The notes below the pieces were generated by a model that worked only from the letters and a program-made list of their open reading frames with translations, had not been told where the DNA came from and searched no databases. A stretch of 64,000 bases of DNA from a bacterium (GTDB taxonomy: Bacteria > JAHJDO01): the NCBI GenBank assembly GCA_043824255.1, contig JBDRTG010000029.1, positions 9,538 to 73,537 on the forward strand, written 5' to 3'. Positions 18,548-31,196 of the stretch are shown here, one piece after another. The translations under genes and the position numbers were made by a program. Each line of letters starts with the position of its first letter. Positions within the stretch are counted from its first letter, which is position 1.

Positions 18548-19817
18548 ATATCTCATAATGGGTAATTCAGCTGCCGGAATTGCCGGCATTGAAGGAATAA
18601 GGAAAATTGATAAAACAGGTTCTATAACTGTTATATCTGATGAAAATATATTTAATTATTCAAAACCCTTAATTTCGTATCTTCTTAGCAATAAAGTAAA
18701 AAAGAAAGATATGTTTTTTAGAAGCAGGGATTTTTACGGTGAAAATAAAGTAAATCTTATTCTGGATAAAAGGGCAAACAAGCTTGATGTTAAAAGAAAA
18801 ATAGTCTATTTCGCAAATAACCAATCAATTGAATTTGATAAACTCCTTATTGCGACAGGTGGAATCCCTATTATCTCCAAAATAAAAGGAAGTAATTTGG
18901 ATGGAGTTTTTGCTTTTACAACATTAAGCAATGCTGTTTCCATCAAAGAATATATAAAGAACCATTCCGTGAAAGACGCGGTTGTTATTGGAGGTGGATT
19001 AATCGGGCTGAAGACAGTGGAAGCTCTTATTGAGCTTGGCATAAAAGTTAGCATTGTTGAGCTTGCAGATAGAATATTAAGTACAACGTTTGACATTAAA
19101 GCTTCAGAGATCATACAAAAAGCGTTAAAAAAGACAAGCTGTAGTATTTTTAGAAATAATACAGTTGTAGAAATTCTATCCAAAAACGGGATAAAGTCAC
19201 TTACTCTAAAAAGTCATGAAAAAATTTCGGCTGATCTGATTATTACAGCAATCGGGGTAAGACCAAATATACAGTTGGTGAAGAATACCTCAATTATTAC
19301 AAATAGGGGGATTTTAGTTGATGAGACTATGCAGACAAATGTTAAGGATATTTATGCTGCAGGGGATGTGTGTGAATCCGACACTCTGCTGGATGAATGT
19401 AAAAAAAATATTCCAATATGGCCTAACGCTTTTAAACAGGGAAGGATTGCCGGAGAGAATATGGCTGGAGGAAACACAATCTATTTAGGCGGTGTTGCTA
19501 TGAACTCTGTTGAGCTGTGTGGAATTTCTACTATATCCATTGGGAAAACCTCTTTAGGACAGAATAAATATGAAATCTTAGAGATGCACAAAAAAGAGGA
19601 ATCAATATACAAAAAAATTGTGCTGGAAAATAATCATATTGTTGGCTGTATTTTTATAGGAAATATTGAACGCGCTGGAATATATACGGGGCTAATAATG
19701 AATAAGATAGATATTTCTGATATTAAAGATAGGCTTCTTGAAGATGATTTTGGCGTTCTTGCCCTGCCTGGAAAATACAGAAAGCATCTAGTTGGAGATG
19801 TAGGATTAGAAGTATGA
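18528..19817 (+). CDS. FAD/NAD(P)-dependent oxidoreductase (probable electron donor to glutamate synthase)
   Basis: GNSAAG, LLIATG, GGGLIG, IYAAGD. Confidence 0.88.
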   Translation: MKTLKTKYLIMGNSAAGIAGIEGIRKIDKTGSITVISDENIFNYSKPLISYLLSNKVKKKDMFFRSRDFYGENKVNLILDKRANKLDVKRKIVYFANNQSIEFDKLLIATGGIPIISKIKGSNLDGVFAFTTLSNAVSIKEYIKNHSVKDAVVIGGGLIGLKTVEALIELGIKVSIVELADRILSTTFDIKASEIIQKALKKTSCSIFRNNTVVEILSKNGIKSLTLKSHEKISADLIITAIGVRPNIQLVKNTSIITNRGILVDETMQTNVKDIYAAGDVCESDTLLDECKKNIPIWPNAFKQGRIAGENMAGGNTIYLGGVAMNSVELCGISTISIGKTSLGQNKYEILEMHKKEESIYKKIVLENNHIVGCIFIGNIERAGIYTGLIMNKIDISDIKDRLLEDDFGVLALPGKYRKHLVGDVGLEV

Positions 19818-20569
19818 ATAATAGATTGAAAACTAAAATAATAAATGCAAAAGGTTTGGGTTATAGAGAGTTAAACAGACTCATTAAGAATGCTGTAACC
19901 AAAGGCGTAAAAAGCATTTATTTAACCAACGTTAATGGTCAGCGCTATATAGGCACAGGCATTAATAAAAAGATAAGTATCAACATAGATGGAGTTCCAG
20001 GGAATGATCTTGGAGCTTTTATGGATGGATGCTCAATAAATGTGGCTGGTAATGGTGAGGATGGAATTGGCAATACAATGAATAGCGGAAGAATTATTAT
20101 TAACGGCGACGCTGGTGATATTATCGGTTATTCTATGAGATCCGGGGAAATTTTCATAAAGGGAAATGTTGGATATCGTGTAGGAATACATATGAAGTCT
20201 TATAAAAAAATGTATCCTGTTATCATTATAGGCGAATGCGCCAGAGATTTTCTTGGTGAGTATATGGCTGGTGGATTATTGATAGTATTGGGATTAAACA
20301 GAAAAAGCAAGAATCCAATTGTAGGAAGCTACTGTGGAACAGGCATGCATGGAGGGAAAATTTTTATACGCGGGAATGTGGAACCATGGCAGTTGGGAAA
20401 AGAAGTTAAGGTATATGAGCCAAACCAAGATGATCTTATCCTGATAGGAAAATATCTAAGGATATATTGTAAATTATTTTCGCTTGATTTTAATAGTATT
20501 ACGAAAACCCCTTTTACAAAACTACTCCCAGGTTCCTCACGTCCATATGGTAAGTTGTATGCGTATTAA
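19814..20569 (+). CDS. Split glutamate synthase, GXGXG beta-helix subunit
   Basis: NGQRYIG, PGNDLGAFM, GEYMAGG, GTGMHGG. Confidence 0.9.
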   Translation: MNNRLKTKIINAKGLGYRELNRLIKNAVTKGVKSIYLTNVNGQRYIGTGINKKISINIDGVPGNDLGAFMDGCSINVAGNGEDGIGNTMNSGRIIINGDAGDIIGYSMRSGEIFIKGNVGYRVGIHMKSYKKMYPVIIIGECARDFLGEYMAGGLLIVLGLNRKSKNPIVGSYCGTGMHGGKIFIRGNVEPWQLGKEVKVYEPNQDDLILIGKYLRIYCKLFSLDFNSITKTPFTKLLPGSSRPYGKLYAY

Positions 20570-20591
20570 TAATGTGATACAATTTTATCCC

Positions 20592-21680
20592 GTGAAAGCC
20601 TTGATTGCTTTAGAAGACGGGACAGTTTTTAAAGGGGTTTCCTTCGGCGCATGCGGCGAACGGTACGGTGAAGTAGTCTTCAATACAAGCATGACAGGCT
20701 ATCAGGAAATCCTCACAGATCCTTCCTATAAAGGTCAGATTGTTACTATGACCTATCCATTGATCGGCAATTATGGCGTAAATCCGGATGACGCAGAATC
20801 AAAGAGACCATGGGTAGAAGGTCTTATTGTTAAGGAATGCAGCAAAATTGCAAGTAACTGGCGATCGCATAAAAGTTTAGACGAGTATCTTAAGGAAAAT
20901 AATATCATTGGAATAGAAGGGATAGATACGCGAGCTCTTACAAGGCATATAAGATTAAAGGGCGCAATGCGGGCAGTTATTTCTACTGAAGATGTTGACG
21001 CAAAAAAAATAATCAAAAAAGCCAAAGATTCTCCGGGACTGATTGGCAGAGACTTAGTTAAAGAGGTAACCTCTGAAGAAATTCAATATTGGAATAATAA
21101 AGGCAAATACAAAGTAGTAGTAATTGATTGCGGAGTAAAATTTAATATACTGCGAATGCTTGAAGAATGCGAATGTCAGGTCATTGTTGTCCCTGCAAAA
21201 ACAGAAGCGGAACAAATTCTAAACATGAAACCGGACGGAATATTGCTTTCCAATGGTCCGGGCGATCCGGCAGGTGTGCCGTACGTAGTGGAAACAGTGA
21301 AAAGATTGTTAGGGAAATTACCAATATTTGGAATCTGTTTAGGACATCAGATGCTGGGATTAGCTTTGGGTGGGAAGACTTACAAGCTTAAATTCGGTCA
21401 TCATGGGGGAAATCATCCTGTTAAGGATTTAAAAACGAAAAAGGTAGCCATTACTGCTCAAAATCATGGCTTCTGTGTGGATATAGATTCTTTGAATAAG
21501 GCGGATATAGAAATTACACATGTTAATCTTAATGACAATACGCTGGAAGGAATGAAGCACAAGAATCTGCCCATATTCTCAGTGCAATTTCATCCTGAGG
21601 CCTCTCCTGGCCCGCACGACGCAAAATGTTTGTTTAATGAGTTTGCAATAATGATAAATAAAAACCGAAGAGTGCACTAA
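20592..21680 (+). CDS. carA: Carbamoyl-phosphate synthase small subunit (start moved to GTG 20592)
   Basis: GEVVFNTSMTGYQE, LSNGPGDP, GICLGHQ, QFHPEASPGP. Confidence 0.96.
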   Translation: MKALIALEDGTVFKGVSFGACGERYGEVVFNTSMTGYQEILTDPSYKGQIVTMTYPLIGNYGVNPDDAESKRPWVEGLIVKECSKIASNWRSHKSLDEYLKENNIIGIEGIDTRALTRHIRLKGAMRAVISTEDVDAKKIIKKAKDSPGLIGRDLVKEVTSEEIQYWNNKGKYKVVVIDCGVKFNILRMLEECECQVIVVPAKTEAEQILNMKPDGILLSNGPGDPAGVPYVVETVKRLLGKLPIFGICLGHQMLGLALGGKTYKLKFGHHGGNHPVKDLKTKKVAITAQNHGFCVDIDSLNKADIEITHVNLNDNTLEGMKHKNLPIFSVQFHPEASPGPHDAKCLFNEFAIMINKNRRVH

Positions 21681-21683
21681 ATT

Positions 21684-22472
21684 GTGAACAAGTCGATAGG
21701 TATATTTGATTCTGGTGTTGGCGGATTAACTATTATGAAGGAGATTATCAAAATACTGCCTGATGAAGATATTGCTTATTTCGGAGATACTGCAAGAGTT
21801 CCATATGGCACAAAGTCCAGAGAAACCATTCTGCAATTCGCCATTGAAGATATACTTTTTCTGTTAGGACTTGAGGTAAAACTAATTGTTATTGCGTGCA
21901 ACACAGTTTCAAGTACAAGTCTTGATATAATAGATAGATATTTTAGGATACCGATAATAGGCGTAATTGAATCTGCTGTGCGCAGGGCAGTTAAAGCCAC
22001 ACAAAAAAGCATAGGTATAATAGGTACAAGGGCAACCATAAAGAGTAATACATATAATAAGAAGATAAGAGAACTGGGCAGTAATATAAAAGTACAGGGG
22101 ATATCGTGCCCACTCTTTGTGCCGTTCGCTGAAGAAGGAATATACAAAGGCAAAGCAATAGAAGACGTTGCAGAAAAATATCTAAGGCCTTTTAGAAATA
22201 AGATTGATGTATTGATTCTGGGGTGTACTCATTATCCACTTCTAAAAGAAACTATAGGCAGTATTGTGGGAGATAGTATTCAGTTAATAGATTCTGCGGA
22301 AGAGGTTGCAAAAGATGTAAAGAATACACTGAGCAGATTAAAAATTCTACGCCATGGCAAAAGAAAGGCTCGTCACAGCTTCTTTGTTACTGACGAGCCA
22401 AAAAGATTTAGGCAACTTGGAAAGCGTTTTCTGGGAAGAAATATTGGTAAAGTGGAGAATGTCAGTATTTAA
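21684..22472 (+). CDS. murI: Glutamate racemase
   Basis: IFDSGVGGLT, PYGTKS, IACNT, LGCTHYP. Confidence 0.96.
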   Translation: MNKSIGIFDSGVGGLTIMKEIIKILPDEDIAYFGDTARVPYGTKSRETILQFAIEDILFLLGLEVKLIVIACNTVSSTSLDIIDRYFRIPIIGVIESAVRRAVKATQKSIGIIGTRATIKSNTYNKKIRELGSNIKVQGISCPLFVPFAEEGIYKGKAIEDVAEKYLRPFRNKIDVLILGCTHYPLLKETIGSIVGDSIQLIDSAEEVAKDVKNTLSRLKILRHGKRKARHSFFVTDEPKRFRQLGKRFLGRNIGKVENVSI

Positions 22473-22491
22473 TGATGGATAAGGATTAATC

Positions 22492-25400
22492 ATGCCGAAA
22501 AGAGAGGACATTTATAAGATATTGATAATAGGCTCAGGCCCTATAATTATAAGTCAGGCTTGTGAATTTGATTATTCTGGAACACAGGCTTGTAAGGCGC
22601 TTAGGGAAGAAGGATTTAAAGTCGTACTTCTTAATTCCAATCCGGCAACAATAATGACTGATCCTGAATTAGCTGATGCTACCTATATAGAACCTGTAAC
22701 AGCGGATGTTCTGGAAAAAATTATTGAGAAAGAGAGACCTGACGCTTTGCTTCCAACATTAGGAGGACAGACCGGTCTGAATACGGCAATGCAGATATCT
22801 GAGGCAGGTATTCTGAGTAAGTATAACGTAAAAATGATAGGCGCTAATTATGAAGCAATAAAGAAGGCTGAGAATAGAGAAGACTTCAAGAATGCAATGC
22901 AGAAGATAGGCTTGGACTTGCCTCAAAGCGCGCTGGCTCATAGTATGGACGAGGCAAGAGATATACTTAAGAAGATCGCTCTTCCTGTTATTATCAGGCC
23001 AAGTTTCACTCTTGGCGGAACAGGCGGAGGCATAGCGGAAACAAGAGAAGATTTTGAAAGGATAGTGACTCGGGGACTAAAAAACAGCATGACTAATGAG
23101 GTTCTTATTGAAGAGTCAATTGTTGGATGGAAGGAATATGAGCTTGAGGTTATGAGGGATGTAAAAGATAATGTGGTAATTGTCTGTTCAATAGAGAATT
23201 TTGACCCAATGGGCATTCATACAGGAGACTCCATAACAGTAGCGCCTGCGCAGACTTTAACAGACAAAGAGTATCAGGTAATGAGAGATGCTGCTATCGC
23301 AATAATAAGAGAGATTGGAGTTGAAACAGGCGGATCAAATATCCAGTTTGCTGTGAATCCGAAAGACGGCAGAATGGTTGTCATAGAGATGAATCCAAGG
23401 GTGTCAAGAAGTTCTGCGCTTGCAAGTAAGGCAACAGGTTTTCCTATTGCAAAATTTGCTGCAAAACTTGCAGTAGGATATACACTTGATGAGATAAGAA
23501 ACGATATTACAAAAGAGACCCCTGCGTCCTTTGAGCCGACAATAGACTATTGTGTGGTTAAAATCCCGAGATTTACTTTTGAAAAGTTTCCGGAAAGCGA
23601 GGATATTCTTGGCATATCTATGAAGTCAGTAGGCGAGACCATGGCGATAGGCAGAACATTCAAAGAAGCGCTTCAAAAGGGATTGCGTGGTCTAGAGATA
23701 GAACATACCGGACTGGATAACAAGCAGGATTATAATGAGGTTTCAAACGAGAAACTTTTGCTAAGATTGAAGAAACCGAACGCTTCAAGAATATTCTATA
23801 TCAAGTACGCATTACAAAAAGGTATGAGTGTTGAGGAGATTTCGGAAATTACCGGAATAGATCCGTGGTTTGTAAGCAATATAAATGACATTGTAGAACT
23901 TGAAAAGGAGATTATAGAAGATAGCCACAAAGAAAATCTATCAACTGATTTATTGCTTAAAGCTAAACAGTATGGATTCAGTGATAAACAAATTGCAGAT
24001 TTGACTGATTCAAGTGAGTTATCTGTTAGGGATTTTAGAAAGCAGAATGGCATAAAAGCTGTTTTTAAACTGGTAGATACGTGCGCTGCAGAGTTTGAAG
24101 CATATACGCCTTATTACTATTCAACTTATGAAACAGAAGATGAATGCAGAACTTCCAAAAAGAAAAAAATAATGATATTAGGCGGCGGGCCTAATAGAAT
24201 AGGTCAAGGAATAGAGTTTGACTATTGCTGTTGTCACGCATCATTTGCGCTCAAAGAATTAGGCTACGAAACCATTATGGTGAATTCAAATCCAGAAACC
24301 GTATCTACCGATTATGATACTTCTGATAAATTATACTTTGAGCCTTTAACGTTTGAGGACGTTATGAACATAATAGACAAAGAAAAACCTGACGGCGTTA
24401 TAGTGCAATTTGGCGGACAAACACCCTTAAATCTGGCGCATCAGCTGGAGAACGCAGGAGCGTATATTATTGGAACATCTGTAAAAGCGATTGACAGAGC
24501 AGAGAATAGAGAAAAATTTTCACAGCTGATAAAAAAGCTCGGTATCAATCAGCCAGAAAATGGATCTGCCAACTCAAGAGAAGAAGCAAGAAAAATCGCA
24601 AGGAGAATTGGATATCCAATTCTTGTAAGACCTTCATATGTTTTGGGCGGCAGAGCAATGAAAATAGTATATGATGAGCGTTCATTGGACAGATTTATGA
24701 AAAACGCAAAGGATGTATCCAGAGAACACCCTGTGCTAATAGATAAATTTCTTGAAGACGCTGTAGAGGTGGATGTGGATGCTGTCTCAGACGGAGATTT
24801 AACAGTAATAGGCGGCATTATGGAGCATATTGAAGAAGCAGGAGTCCATTCAGGAGATTCTGCATGTGTTCTGCCGCCGCATACACTAAGTGATAATATT
24901 CTTAATACAATAAGAAAATACACATACGAACTATCAAAAGAATTAGAAGTTCAGGGTCTATTAAATATACAGTTTGCTGTAAAAGGCGATACTGTGTATG
25001 TGCTAGAAGTCAATCCCAGAGCGTCAAGAACAGTGCCTTTTGTCAGTAAGTCTACAGGTGTACCTCTTGCAAAGATAGCAGCTAAGATAATGACCGGTAA
25101 AAAACTGCGCGAGCTTGGATTTACAGAAGAAAAGGTCGTAGAACATATTTCGGTCAAGGAGTCGGTTCTGCCTTTTTCAAGGTTTTCCGGAGTGGATATT
25201 GTTCTTGGTCCTGAAATGAAATCTACCGGCGAGGTAATGGGAATAGATTCCTCTTTTGGCATAGCATTCTATAAGGCTCAGACTGCGGCTGGCTCTCCTT
25301 TGCCAAAAAAGGGAAAGGTATTTATAAGCGTTAAAAATGATGATAAAAGAAATATAGTGTTTATTGCTAAGAAACTTTGTGATCTGGGATTTAAATTAAT

Positions 25401-25707
25401 AGCAACAAGCGGCACTTCAAAGGTTCTGAGATCCAATAACATGCAAATAGAGACAGTAGAGAAAATAGGAGAAGGAAGCAATAGAATATTGGAACTTGTT
25501 AAAAAAGAAGAGATTAAACTTATTATAAATACTCCTTCTGGCCAGGCAGGACAATCTGATATGCGAACTATAAGAAACTCCGCTGTTATGCATTGTGTAC
25601 CCTGCATAACCACAATACAAGGAGCGCAGGCAGCTGTGAACGGTATGGAGTCGGTGCTAAAAGATGAATTTTCGCTTAAGTCCATACAGGAATATATAAG
25701 GCAATAA
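22492..25707 (+). CDS. carB: Carbamoyl-phosphate synthase large subunit
   Basis: [35 protein letters not shown] domain. Confidence 0.98.
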   Translation: MPKREDIYKILIIGSGPIIISQACEFDYSGTQACKALREEGFKVVLLNSNPATIMTDPELADATYIEPVTADVLEKIIEKERPDALLPTLGGQTGLNTAMQISEAGILSKYNVKMIGANYEAIKKAENREDFKNAMQKIGLDLPQSALAHSMDEARDILKKIALPVIIRPSFTLGGTGGGIAETREDFERIVTRGLKNSMTNEVLIEESIVGWKEYELEVMRDVKDNVVIVCSIENFDPMGIHTGDSITVAPAQTLTDKEYQVMRDAAIAIIREIGVETGGSNIQFAVNPKDGRMVVIEMNPRVSRSSALASKATGFPIAKFAAKLAVGYTLDEIRNDITKETPASFEPTIDYCVVKIPRFTFEKFPESEDILGISMKSVGETMAIGRTFKEALQKGLRGLEIEHTGLDNKQDYNEVSNEKLLLRLKKPNASRIFYIKYALQKGMSVEEISEITGIDPWFVSNINDIVELEKEIIEDSHKENLSTDLLLKAKQYGFSDKQIADLTDSSELSVRDFRKQNGIKAVFKLVDTCAAEFEAYTPYYYSTYETEDECRTSKKKKIMILGGGPNRIGQGIEFDYCCCHASFALKELGYETIMVNSNPETVSTDYDTSDKLYFEPLTFEDVMNIIDKEKPDGVIVQFGGQTPLNLAHQLENAGAYIIGTSVKAIDRAENREKFSQLIKKLGINQPENGSANSREEARKIARRIGYPILVRPSYVLGGRAMKIVYDERSLDRFMKNAKDVSREHPVLIDKFLEDAVEVDVDAVSDGDLTVIGGIMEHIEEAGVHSGDSACVLPPHTLSDNILNTIRKYTYELSKELEVQGLLNIQFAVKGDTVYVLEVNPRASRTVPFVSKSTGVPLAKIAAKIMTGKKLRELGFTEEKVVEHISVKESVLPFSRFSGVDIVLGPEMKSTGEVMGIDSSFGIAFYKAQTAAGSPLPKKGKVFISVKNDDKRNIVFIAKKLCDLGFKLIATSGTSKVLRSNNMQIETVEKIGEGSNRILELVKKEEIKLIINTPSGQAGQSDMRTIRNSAVMHCVPCITTIQGAQAAVNGMESVLKDEFSLKSIQEYIRQ

Positions 25708-25708
25708 G

Positions 25709-27085
25709 ATGTGCGGAATATTTGGTATTTACGGACATAAAGACGCTGCAAGGCTTGCTTATCTGGGACTTTACGCGCTTCAGCATCGCGGAGAAGAAAG
25801 CGCGGGAATTATTGCGTATAATGGGAAGAGAATTAGTAGTTATAAAGGCATGGGGCTTGTTGGCGATGTGTTTGGCGAAGAGAATATAAAGACATTAAAG
25901 GGGCATTTAGCTATTGGTCATAATCGCTATTCAACAACCGGCTCAAGCACTGTAAAGAATATTCAGCCTTTTTTAGCTAATTTTAAAAAAGCTCCTCTTG
26001 CTGTTGCTCATAATGGAGATTTTACTAATACCGCCAATTTGCACGAACAGCTTGAAAAAGACGGGTCCATATTTCAAACCACTATGGATTCTGAGATCGT
26101 AGTGCATCTTTTGGCAAGATCCAAACGAAGTAATTATAAAGATGCTGTTGTGCATACACTCAGTAAAATAAAAGGTTCTTATTCATTAGCCTTGATGATG
26201 GGAGATGTTTTGATTGGCGCAAGAGACCCTTTCGGATTTAAACCTTTATGTCTAGGAAAACTTAATGGCGCTTATGTTTTGGCAAGTGAGACATGCGCTC
26301 TGGATTTAATTCAGGCAAAATATATCAGGGAAATTGAACCAGGAGAGATTGTATTTATTGATAAAAATGGTCTGAAATCAGTAAAGCCATTTCCCGAGAC
26401 TAAACACGCTTTATGTATATTTGAATATATCTATTTTGCAAGGCCGGATAGTAATATATTTAGTAAAAATGTGTATCTAACACGCAAGCAGCTTGGAAAA
26501 CAACTCGCTCAAGAACATCCGGTAGACTGTGATCTGGTCATGCCTATTCCGGACTCAGGAAATTACGCTGCAGTAGGCTTTGCAGAAGAATCTAAGATTC
26601 CCTATGAAATAGGTATCATAAGAAACCATTATATTGGAAGAACCTTTATTCAGCCTTCACAGTTTATCAGAGATTTTAAAGTAAAAATAAAACTTAATCC
26701 TATAAGAGATGTTATTAATGGTAAGCGTATAGTTATTATAGAGGATTCCATTGTTAGAGGCACAACCAGTCGAACTAGGGTAAAGACATTGAGGGAAGCA
26801 GGAGCCAAAGAAGTTCATATGCGCGTCAGCTGTCCTCCTATAAGATTTCCCTGTTTCTATGGAATTGACTTCCCAACCAAAAAAGAATTAATCGCTTCAA
26901 GCCACAGCGTTGAGTGGACAAGAGACTTTCTTGGATTAGATAGTTTAAGATATTTAAGCCTTGAAGGAATGCTAAAGTCAATGTTATTACCTGAGGAAGA
27001 GTTTTGCACAGCCTGTTTTAATGGAACATACCCTGTTAAACCTGCTAAAAAATTATCCAAAAGCATATTGGAGAAAGGAAACTAG
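25709..27085 (+). CDS. purF: Amidophosphoribosyltransferase
   Basis: MCGIFG, LQHRGEE, DSIVRGTT, CFYGID. Confidence 0.97.
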   Translation: MCGIFGIYGHKDAARLAYLGLYALQHRGEESAGIIAYNGKRISSYKGMGLVGDVFGEENIKTLKGHLAIGHNRYSTTGSSTVKNIQPFLANFKKAPLAVAHNGDFTNTANLHEQLEKDGSIFQTTMDSEIVVHLLARSKRSNYKDAVVHTLSKIKGSYSLALMMGDVLIGARDPFGFKPLCLGKLNGAYVLASETCALDLIQAKYIREIEPGEIVFIDKNGLKSVKPFPETKHALCIFEYIYFARPDSNIFSKNVYLTRKQLGKQLAQEHPVDCDLVMPIPDSGNYAAVGFAEESKIPYEIGIIRNHYIGRTFIQPSQFIRDFKVKIKLNPIRDVINGKRIVIIEDSIVRGTTSRTRVKTLREAGAKEVHMRVSCPPIRFPCFYGIDFPTKKELIASSHSVEWTRDFLGLDSLRYLSLEGMLKSMLLPEEEFCTACFNGTYPVKPAKKLSKSILEKGN

Positions 27086-28699
27086 GTGACTAAGTATATT
27101 TTTGTAACAGGCGGTGTTATATCAAGCCTTGGAAAGGGAATTGCATCTGCTGCTATAGGAAAACTTCTCGAATCAAGGGGATTAATTATCTCCATGATAA
27201 AATGTGACCCATACATAAATGTGGATCCCGGCACTATGAATCCGTATCAGCACGGCGAAGTTTATGTCACGGAAGACGGTACAGAAACTGATCTGGATCT
27301 AGGACACTATGAAAGGTTTACTCATGCTGTAATGGGCGCAGAAAATAATATAACAACAGGGAAAATATACAACTCTGTTATTTCAAAGGAAAGAAAGGGC
27401 TCTTATCTTGGGAAAACAATTCAAGTTATTCCTCATATTACAGACGAGATAAAAAACTGTATTAAAAAAGTATCAAAAAAGAAAAAGGTTGATGTTGTGA
27501 TAGTTGAAATAGGAGGAACGGTCGGTGACATTGAAAGCCTTCCTTTTCTTGAAGCAATAAGACAATTTACCTTTGAGAAAGGCCGTAACAATGCAATCAA
27601 TATTCATGTAACATTGGTTCCATATATAAAAAGCGCGGATGAAATTAAAACAAAGCCTACACAGCACAGTGTAGGGAAGCTAAGAGAAATCGGTATTATT
27701 CCTGATATTCTGTTATGCAGGTCGGAGTTTCCTCTCTCAAAAGAGATAAAGTCTAAGATCGCTCTTTTCTGCAATGTGGAAGAAAAAGCAGTCATTCAGG
27801 CATTAGATGTTCAAAGCATATATGAGGTTCCAGTAGCTTTCAAACATGAGAATCTGGATAAGCTTATTATTGACAAACTTAAGCTAAAATGCGCTAAAAG
27901 GGACTTGAAAAACTGGACAAAACAAGTTGTAGATAAGATAAAAAATCCGAAAAGCACTATTGAAATTGCTGTTGTAGGGAAATATATAGAACTACAGGAT
28001 GCTTACAAATCAATATACGAAGCACTGCTCCATGGAGGAATTGCTAATAATGTTAAATTGAATATAAAAAAAGTAGACTCCGAATACATTTCTAAGCACT
28101 GTGCAGAAAAGTATTTAAAAGGTATAGCGGGAGTACTTGTCCCTGGAGGATTCGGCGGCAGAGGAATTGAAGGCAAAATTCTGGTAGCCAAATACGCAAG
28201 AGAGAATAAAATCCCCTTCTTAGGCATATGTCTTGGTATGCAGATAGCAGTGATTGAATTTGCCCGGAATGTTTGCAGCTTAAAAGAAGCAAACTCTACC
28301 GAATTCAGCAAAAAGACACCTCATCCTGTAATCTCTCTTTTAGATGAACAGAAGAAGATAAAAGTTAAAGGCGGAACAATGCGTCTGGGTAAGTATTCAT
28401 GTAATCTAAAAAAAGGAACAAAAAGTGTTAAAGCCTATAAAGAAGAAGAGATTTCAGAACGGCACAGACACAGATATGAATTTAACAATAAGTACATGGG
28501 AATGATGGAGAAAAATGGCCTTGTAATTGCAGGAGTTCATAAAAAAGGCAATCTTGTAGAACTGATTGAGATAACTGACCATCCATGGTTCATCGGCTGC
28601 CAATTTCATCCGGAATTTAAATCAAAGCCCGATAAAGCCCATCCGCTTTTTAGAGAATTTGTGAGAGCATGCTTAGCTCTGAGAAAGGTGACTAAATGA
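27086..28699 (+). CDS. pyrG: CTP synthase
   Basis: [31 protein letters not shown]. Confidence 0.98.
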   Translation: MTKYIFVTGGVISSLGKGIASAAIGKLLESRGLIISMIKCDPYINVDPGTMNPYQHGEVYVTEDGTETDLDLGHYERFTHAVMGAENNITTGKIYNSVISKERKGSYLGKTIQVIPHITDEIKNCIKKVSKKKKVDVVIVEIGGTVGDIESLPFLEAIRQFTFEKGRNNAINIHVTLVPYIKSADEIKTKPTQHSVGKLREIGIIPDILLCRSEFPLSKEIKSKIALFCNVEEKAVIQALDVQSIYEVPVAFKHENLDKLIIDKLKLKCAKRDLKNWTKQVVDKIKNPKSTIEIAVVGKYIELQDAYKSIYEALLHGGIANNVKLNIKKVDSEYISKHCAEKYLKGIAGVLVPGGFGGRGIEGKILVAKYARENKIPFLGICLGMQIAVIEFARNVCSLKEANSTEFSKKTPHPVISLLDEQKKIKVKGGTMRLGKYSCNLKKGTKSVKAYKEEEISERHRHRYEFNNKYMGMMEKNGLVIAGVHKKGNLVELIEITDHPWFIGCQFHPEFKSKPDKAHPLFREFVRACLALRKVTK

Positions 28700-30234
28700 A
28701 TAAAGACTGGGTAGCTATTTTAGACTTTGGATCGCAATATACACATCTCATTGCGCGGCGTGTAAGAGAATGCGGTGTGTATTCAGAGATAATCTCCTAT
28801 GATACTAATGCCCGTGAACTATACAGTAATAAGCCGACTTGTATTGTACTATCTGGAGGGCCAGCCAGCGTTATTGGAAAAGATAGTCCAGTGTGTGATA
28901 AGAATATTTTTAATATTGGATTGCCAGTACTTGGGATATGTTATGGTGCGCAGCTCATGGCAAAAATGCTTGGCGGTAAAGTTCTTGCTGCAAAAGCAAG
29001 GGAGTACGGAAAGGCGGTTCTTAATGTTAAATTCAGAGAGACTTTATTTAAGAACTTGTCTCTAAAAGAACAGGTTTGGATGAGTCATGGAGACAAAATC
29101 ACGCAGCTTCCTCAAGGCTTCAGGATAATTGGTGCGACTGACAATTCACAGATTGCAGCAATGGAAAATAAACATAAGAAGTTTTATGGAATTCAGTTTC
29201 ATCCTGAAGTGGTACATACACCGAAAGGTAAGACAATCATTAAAAATTTTCTTACTGAAATAGCAGGTTGCAAGCCGGAATGGAATATGAAGTTATTTGT
29301 GGATAATGCAGTTCGGGAGCTAAGGAAGAAGATAGGCAGAGAGAAAGTTTTATGCGCAGTAAGCGGGGGTGTGGATTCTTCTGTTCTGGCTGTGCTTCTT
29401 AATAGAGCCATAGGAAAGAATTTAACAGCTGTTTTCGTTGATAATGGATTGCTCCGCAAAAAAGAGGCAGAGCTTGTAGAAAGCAGACTTAAAGGGTTTG
29501 GTATCAATTTGAAGAAAATCAGTGCTCAGTCTGAGTTTTTGAACGCACTTAAAGGTATAACGGATCCTGAGAAGAAAAGAAAGATAATAGGCGGGCTTTT
29601 TATAGATATTTTTGAAAAAGAGGCAAGGAAATTAGGCAAAATTAAATTTCTTGCTCAAGGCACATTATATCCTGATGTTATTGAAAGCAGGTCTCCAGTA
29701 GGGGGTCCGTCTGCAACTATTAAAACACATCATAATGTAGGAGGGCTGCCTGAAAAATTAAGGTTTAAACTAATAGAGCCGTTAAAAGAGCTTTTCAAGG
29801 ATGAAGTAAGGCTTGTCGGAGAAGAATTGGGGCTTCCGGATGAGTTAATTAGAAGACAGCCTTTTCCGGGTCCGGGACTTGCAGTGAGGATTTTGGGTGA
29901 TGTAACTAAAAAGAAGCTTGATGTTCTGCGTGATGCAGATTGGATCTTGATGGATGAGATCAAGAAGTTTGATATGTATCACAATCTTTGGCAATCATTC
30001 TGTGTTTTATTGCCTATCAAAACGGTTGGTGTTATGGGAGATGAGAGAACGTATGAGAATGTTATTGCAGTAAGAGCGGTTACAAGTGAAGATGCTATGA
30101 CGGCGAACTGGGCAAGACTGCCGTATGAACTACTTGAGCGGATATCCAATAGAATAATAAACGAAGTAAAAGGCATAAATCGCGTGGTGTATGATGTTTC
30201 GTCAAAGCCGCCAAGTACAATAGAATGGGAATAA
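28696..30234 (+). CDS. guaA: GMP synthase (glutamine-hydrolysing)
   Basis: [35 protein letters not shown]. Confidence 0.98.
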   Translation: MNKDWVAILDFGSQYTHLIARRVRECGVYSEIISYDTNARELYSNKPTCIVLSGGPASVIGKDSPVCDKNIFNIGLPVLGICYGAQLMAKMLGGKVLAAKAREYGKAVLNVKFRETLFKNLSLKEQVWMSHGDKITQLPQGFRIIGATDNSQIAAMENKHKKFYGIQFHPEVVHTPKGKTIIKNFLTEIAGCKPEWNMKLFVDNAVRELRKKIGREKVLCAVSGGVDSSVLAVLLNRAIGKNLTAVFVDNGLLRKKEAELVESRLKGFGINLKKISAQSEFLNALKGITDPEKKRKIIGGLFIDIFEKEARKLGKIKFLAQGTLYPDVIESRSPVGGPSATIKTHHNVGGLPEKLRFKLIEPLKELFKDEVRLVGEELGLPDELIRRQPFPGPGLAVRILGDVTKKKLDVLRDADWILMDEIKKFDMYHNLWQSFCVLLPIKTVGVMGDERTYENVIAVRAVTSEDAMTANWARLPYELLERISNRIINEVKGINRVVYDVSSKPPSTIEWE

Positions 30235-30260
30235 AACAGACTGAGCAGAAAGGAATAAAC

Positions 30261-30515
30261 ATGTTAAGAGCAAAGGTATATATAAGTTTAAAGGAGACAG
30301 TTGTCGATCCACAAGGTTTGGCAGTAAAGAATGCGTTAGGGTCTCTTAATTATGAGCAGGAGATAGAAGAGGTTAGAGTTGGTAAACTGATAGATATTAA
30401 ATTGAATATATCTAATAAGGAAAGAGCAGAGCAAATAATTGACCAGATGTGCAAGAAACTTCTTTCTAATCCTGTTATTGAAGACTATAGCTTTACTTTA
30501 GAAGAAGCAGAATAA
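30261..30515 (+). CDS. purS: FGAM synthase subunit PurS (start moved to ATG 30261)
   Basis: [28 protein letters not shown] upstream. Confidence 0.95.
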   Translation: MLRAKVYISLKETVVDPQGLAVKNALGSLNYEQEIEEVRVGKLIDIKLNISNKERAEQIIDQMCKKLLSNPVIEDYSFTLEEAE

Positions 30516-30532
30516 TAAAAGGAATAAAATTC

Positions 30533-31195
30533 ATGAGATTCGGAGTTGTTGTGTTTCCAGGCTCTAATTGTGATCACGACTGCTTTTATGTCCTTAGTAA
30601 CGTACTAAAGCAAGATGTTAATTATATCTGGCATAAAGACACAGAAGTAGGGAATGTAGATTGCATTGTTCTGCCCGGTGGATTTAGTTATGGGGATTAT
30701 CTGAGAACGGGCGCAATTGCGCGTTTCTCTCCAATAATGCAAAGTATTATTGACTTTGCTAATAAAGGGGGACTTGTTATTGGTATATGCAATGGTTTTC
30801 AAATACTTCTTGAAACAGGACTTCTACCCGGAGCAATGTTGCGCAATGAAAATTTGCACTTTATTTGCAAACATGTTCATATAAAACTATTGAATAACAA
30901 CACTCCATTTACAAATCTGTATAAGAAGGACGAAGTCCTGAAAATACCAATTGCTCATAACGAAGGGAATTACTATATTGACGAAAAAGGGTTGAAAACC
31001 CTCAAAGAGAACAATCAGATCGTATTTAAGTATTGTACAAATCCTAATGGAGCAGTGGATAACATAGCAGGTATTGTGAACAAAGAAGGAAACGTGCTTG
31101 GCATGATGCCTCATCCTGAAAGAAGTTCAGAAAAAGAACTCGGCTCTGAAGATGGGATTTTTATATTTAAATCAATAGCTGAGTGGGTAAAATAA
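30533..31195 (+). CDS. purQ: FGAM synthase glutaminase subunit
   Basis: [32 protein letters not shown]. Confidence 0.97.
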   Translation: MRFGVVVFPGSNCDHDCFYVLSNVLKQDVNYIWHKDTEVGNVDCIVLPGGFSYGDYLRTGAIARFSPIMQSIIDFANKGGLVIGICNGFQILLETGLLPGAMLRNENLHFICKHVHIKLLNNNTPFTNLYKKDEVLKIPIAHNEGNYYIDEKGLKTLKENNQIVFKYCTNPNGAVDNIAGIVNKEGNVLGMMPHPERSSEKELGSEDGIFIFKSIAEWVK

Positions 31196-31196
31196 T

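Noticed and set aside
20484..20591. N-terminal extensions in the ORF track for carA (also purS, hisH, the TPR gene and the 54317 pilin)
   Set aside because: They overlap upstream genes or repeats; family similarity begins at downstream starts, which I used instead.
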